A stretch of DNA of 44,739 nt from Candidatus Pacebacteria bacterium CG2_30_36_39 (GTDB taxonomy: Bacteria; Patescibacteriota; Microgenomatia; UBA1400; PJMF01). Below are positions 42,617-44,739 of the stretch, in pieces. Numbering within the stretch: the stretch's first letter is position 1; every line of letters starts with the position of its first letter. The notes beneath the pieces are model-generated. The model made no database searches, had not been told where the DNA came from, and was given only the letters and a program-made list of their open reading frames with translations. The stretch covers positions 81,573-126,311 of the forward strand of contig MNZB01000001.1 in assembly GCA_001873435.1 (NCBI GenBank). The letters are read 5' to 3'. Position numbers and translations under genes: made by a program.

Positions 42617-44233
42617 ATGTTTAAATTTAATATTTCTCCATTTATTTTAAAGCAAAGAATGAGGCAAGTATATGAAGGTGTTAAAAAAACTGATTCTATT
42701 TTAGATGTTGGCTGTGGTTATGGAAGCTTAATAGAAGCTTTACCATATAAAACCATTAAATACACAGGAGTTGATTTAGACAAGGACTTAATAAAAGATC
42801 TAAAGAAAAAATATCCAAAACATGATTTTTTTATTTATGATTTAGAAAAAAACTTAAAAAACAAATTAGGTTTTTTTGATAAAATTTTTGTTTTAGCCTT
42901 GGTGGAGCATCTTTCAAACATAGATAATTTATTGATTTCTTTAAAAAAATATTCTAAAAATGATACGGAAATAGTTGTTACCACTCCAACATTTTTAGGT
43001 TATTATCTCCACCGGTTTTTATCTCTATTTGGTATTGTTTCTAGAAAAGCAGCCCTAGATCATAAACGCTGCTATACACATAGATATATGAAAAAAGTTT
43101 GTGACAGAACTGGTTTTGAGATTTTCTCATATAAAAGATTTTTATTTTTTATGAATCAAAAATTTGTTTTAAAAAAAAAGACTAAAATTGGTATTTTTAC
43201 TTATGATTTTTATCCTTTCATAGGTGGAGCTGGACGAGTAGCTCATGCTCATTATAAGCATTCTAAATATAAAAATGATTTTTTAGTTTTTAGTTGCCAA
43301 AATAACAAAATAAAAAACCACATAAATGTTAATATCCCTAAAATTAAGTTTGGCAGATACGATTTTTCTCCCATATTTTTTTCAATTTATTTATCATTTA
43401 ATCTAAAAAAAATTATTAATAGACACAAGTTACGCTCTATCATCATTCATTCTGGTCCTGGAGGTGTTTTTTTAATACCAAAATTAAACACTAAGACTTA
43501 TATTGTTTCTCATCATACCTATTACCAACAGGAAAAATATCTTGGAAAAAAGTTTTTTTATGAAATATTAAAATTTTTTGAAAAAAAAACTTATTTAATA
43601 GCCGATAAGATTTTTGCTGTTTCCAATTCAACTAAAAATGTTTTAGAAAACAAATATGGCTTAAAAAACAAAGTTTTTATTTTATTAAATGGGATAGATT
43701 TAAAGGAAAATAAAAAGATTAAAAAGAAAGCAAACTCTATTATTTTTGTTGGTAGGTTAGAAAAAAGAAAAGGTATTAATTTTTTAGTAAACATAATGAA
43801 TTACTTACCTAATTTTAGATTAAAAATTATTGGTAGCGGTCCTGAAAAAAAACTCATCTTAAGCAAAATAAAAGAGCTAAACCTAAAAAACATCAAGCTT
43901 CTTGGAAAAACAAGTCAAGAAATTTTAGAAAAAACATATTTAGAATCTGAGTATGCTATTTTTCCATCAGATTTTGAAGGTTTTGGCTTAACTGCTCTCG
44001 AAGCAATGAGTTTTGGATGTGTTGTTTTAACTAGCAAGACAGATGGTTTTAAAGATTTTATAAACAATAATCAAAATGGTTTTTTGCTAAACAAAGAAAA
44101 CCCTGAAGATTGGTCGAGTAGGATTTTGTCCTTAAGCGCTGAAATAAAAAATAAAATATCAATTAATGCTATAAAAGACTCTAAAAAATTTGATTGGAAA
44201 GAAACAATCAGGGAATTAGATGAAAATATCTAA
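42617..44233 (+). CDS. Fusion protein: N-terminal class I SAM methyltransferase and C-terminal GT4 glycosyltransferase
   Basis: Residues ~1-190 carry 'ILDVGCGYGSLIEAL' and 'IFVLALVEHL' (Methyltransf_11-like). Residues ~195-540 carry 'IGIFTYDFYPFIGGAGR' and 'IFPSDFEGFGLTALEAMSFGCVVLTS'. I preferred ATG 42617 over the listed TTG 42608. Confidence 0.8.
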   Translation: MFKFNISPFILKQRMRQVYEGVKKTDSILDVGCGYGSLIEALPYKTIKYTGVDLDKDLIKDLKKKYPKHDFFIYDLEKNLKNKLGFFDKIFVLALVEHLSNIDNLLISLKKYSKNDTEIVVTTPTFLGYYLHRFLSLFGIVSRKAALDHKRCYTHRYMKKVCDRTGFEIFSYKRFLFFMNQKFVLKKKTKIGIFTYDFYPFIGGAGRVAHAHYKHSKYKNDFLVFSCQNNKIKNHINVNIPKIKFGRYDFSPIFFSIYLSFNLKKIINRHKLRSIIIHSGPGGVFLIPKLNTKTYIVSHHTYYQQEKYLGKKFFYEILKFFEKKTYLIADKIFAVSNSTKNVLENKYGLKNKVFILLNGIDLKENKKIKKKANSIIFVGRLEKRKGINFLVNIMNYLPNFRLKIIGSGPEKKLILSKIKELNLKNIKLLGKTSQEILEKTYLESEYAIFPSDFEGFGLTALEAMSFGCVVLTSKTDGFKDFINNNQNGFLLNKENPEDWSSRILSLSAEIKNKISINAIKDSKKFDWKETIRELDENI

Positions 44234-44739
44234 ATTTAATTTTTATCATCTGTTTTTTGTTTTGCTACTATTAATAGTTCCCTATTTTCTCTTACTTAAT
44301 TCCTTGCCTTTATATGGAGATAGCACTATTCATGGAAAAATTTTGTACGATATTTTAAATAAAGGAGTCAGTTTTACTGATTCAATATATCCACTTACAT
44401 ATTTTTTGTTTGGAGCCGGTTTTGAGCTTTTAACTGGCTATTCTGGCATAAAAATTATGGTATTTTTGGGATTATTTTTAATTGGATTGTTTTCGTATCT
44501 AGTTTTAAAAAATGTTTTTGGCGTAAAAAATCACTTACTTAACCTTTCAGCTATATTCTATGTTTTATACTCTCCAAAACTCATGTTTTACGTCTCTAGA
44601 ATGTATATGGAAATATTTTTGAGCGGAATAACACTCGGCTCTATTTATTTCTTTTTTCAATTAATTAATAAAAAGACTAAAAAAAATATTATCTTATTTT
44701 TTCTTCTTTCTTTTTTATTAATTACTACTAAGCAGCAGG
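44220..44739 (+). CDS. Polytopic membrane protein, probably GT-C-like; 3' end cut by the window edge (not in the supplied ORF track)
   Basis: I translated by hand from ATG 44220 and found 173 codons with no stop up to the window end: MKISKFNFYHLFFVLLLLIVPYFLLLNSLPLYGDSTIHGK... It has several hydrophobic helices, overlaps the upstream stop by 14 nt, and has an AGGGA SD-like sequence 5 nt upstream. Confidence 0.6.
   Translation, partial: MKISKFNFYHLFFVLLLLIVPYFLLLNSLPLYGDSTIHGKILYDILNKGVSFTDSIYPLTYFLFGAGFELLTGYSGIKIMVFLGLFLIGLFSYLVLKNVFGVKNHLLNLSAIFYVLYSPKLMFYVSRMYMEIFLSGITLGSIYFFFQLINKKTKKNIILFFLLSFLLITTKQQ

Noticed and set aside
1-44739. Alternative genetic code (UGA as a sense codon, as in some candidate phyla).
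   Set aside because: Standard-code ORFs give full-length homologs throughout. TGA terminates genes at the expected ends, for example the SEDS gene at 3153-3155 and the GT4 gene at 42609-42611.
1-44739. CRISPR arrays, tRNA/rRNA genes, IS elements, integrases or classical defence genes.
   Set aside because: Intergenic regions are all under ~210 nt and I read each of them. None contains spaced direct repeats or tRNA-like cloverleaf arms, and no ORF shows transposase, recombinase, nuclease or reverse-transcriptase motifs. This was a check by eye only.

Overview
This is a 44.7-kb bacterial chromosomal window using the standard genetic code (TGA terminates ORFs at the expected lengths). Genes are very tightly packed, with many start/stop overlaps of 1-30 nt. 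Hand counts on a few 60-nt lines give roughly 35-47% GC over most of the window and about 23-30% over the last ~5 kb. The gene content and compaction suggest a small-genome, Gram-positive-like or CPR/Patescibacteria-like organism; this is inference only.

Left end (1-13.1 kb): housekeeping genes. These are ileS (type 2, 5'-truncated), a SEDS ftsW/rodA gene, rplU-methyltransferase-rpmA, an MFS transporter, an orphan parB, a minimal dcw block (mraZ-rsmH-ftsL-ftsI), an exported hypothetical protein, and glyQS behind a glycine T-box leader.

Centre (13.1-34.1 kb): a co-directional minus-strand array of about 22 genes. It mixes recO and ruvCAB with a large envelope-glycan cluster: a DUF4012 protein, a small phosphoglycosyl transferase, manC, GT4/GT2 enzymes, two GT-C membrane glycosyltransferases, an O-antigen-ligase-like protein, an acetyltransferase and a kinase-like protein.

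34.2-38.1 kb: a patch of uncharacterised genes. It holds two small 4-TM proteins with consensus SDs and structured leaders, a 226-aa orphan, a UDP-xylose synthase, a small possibly leaderless ORF, and a tandem pair of paralogs with K/R/RGG-rich tails.

Right end (38.2 kb to the window edge): a flippase followed by an AT-rich second glycan block (polyprenyl-P GT2, wecB, GT4, a methyltransferase-GT4 fusion and a partial GT-C-like membrane protein).

I saw no rRNA, tRNA, CRISPR array, transposase, integrase or recognisable defence gene by eye. The most unusual items are the structured leader plus small-TM gene pair, the tandem basic-tailed paralogs, and the T-box with no obvious canonical Stem I.
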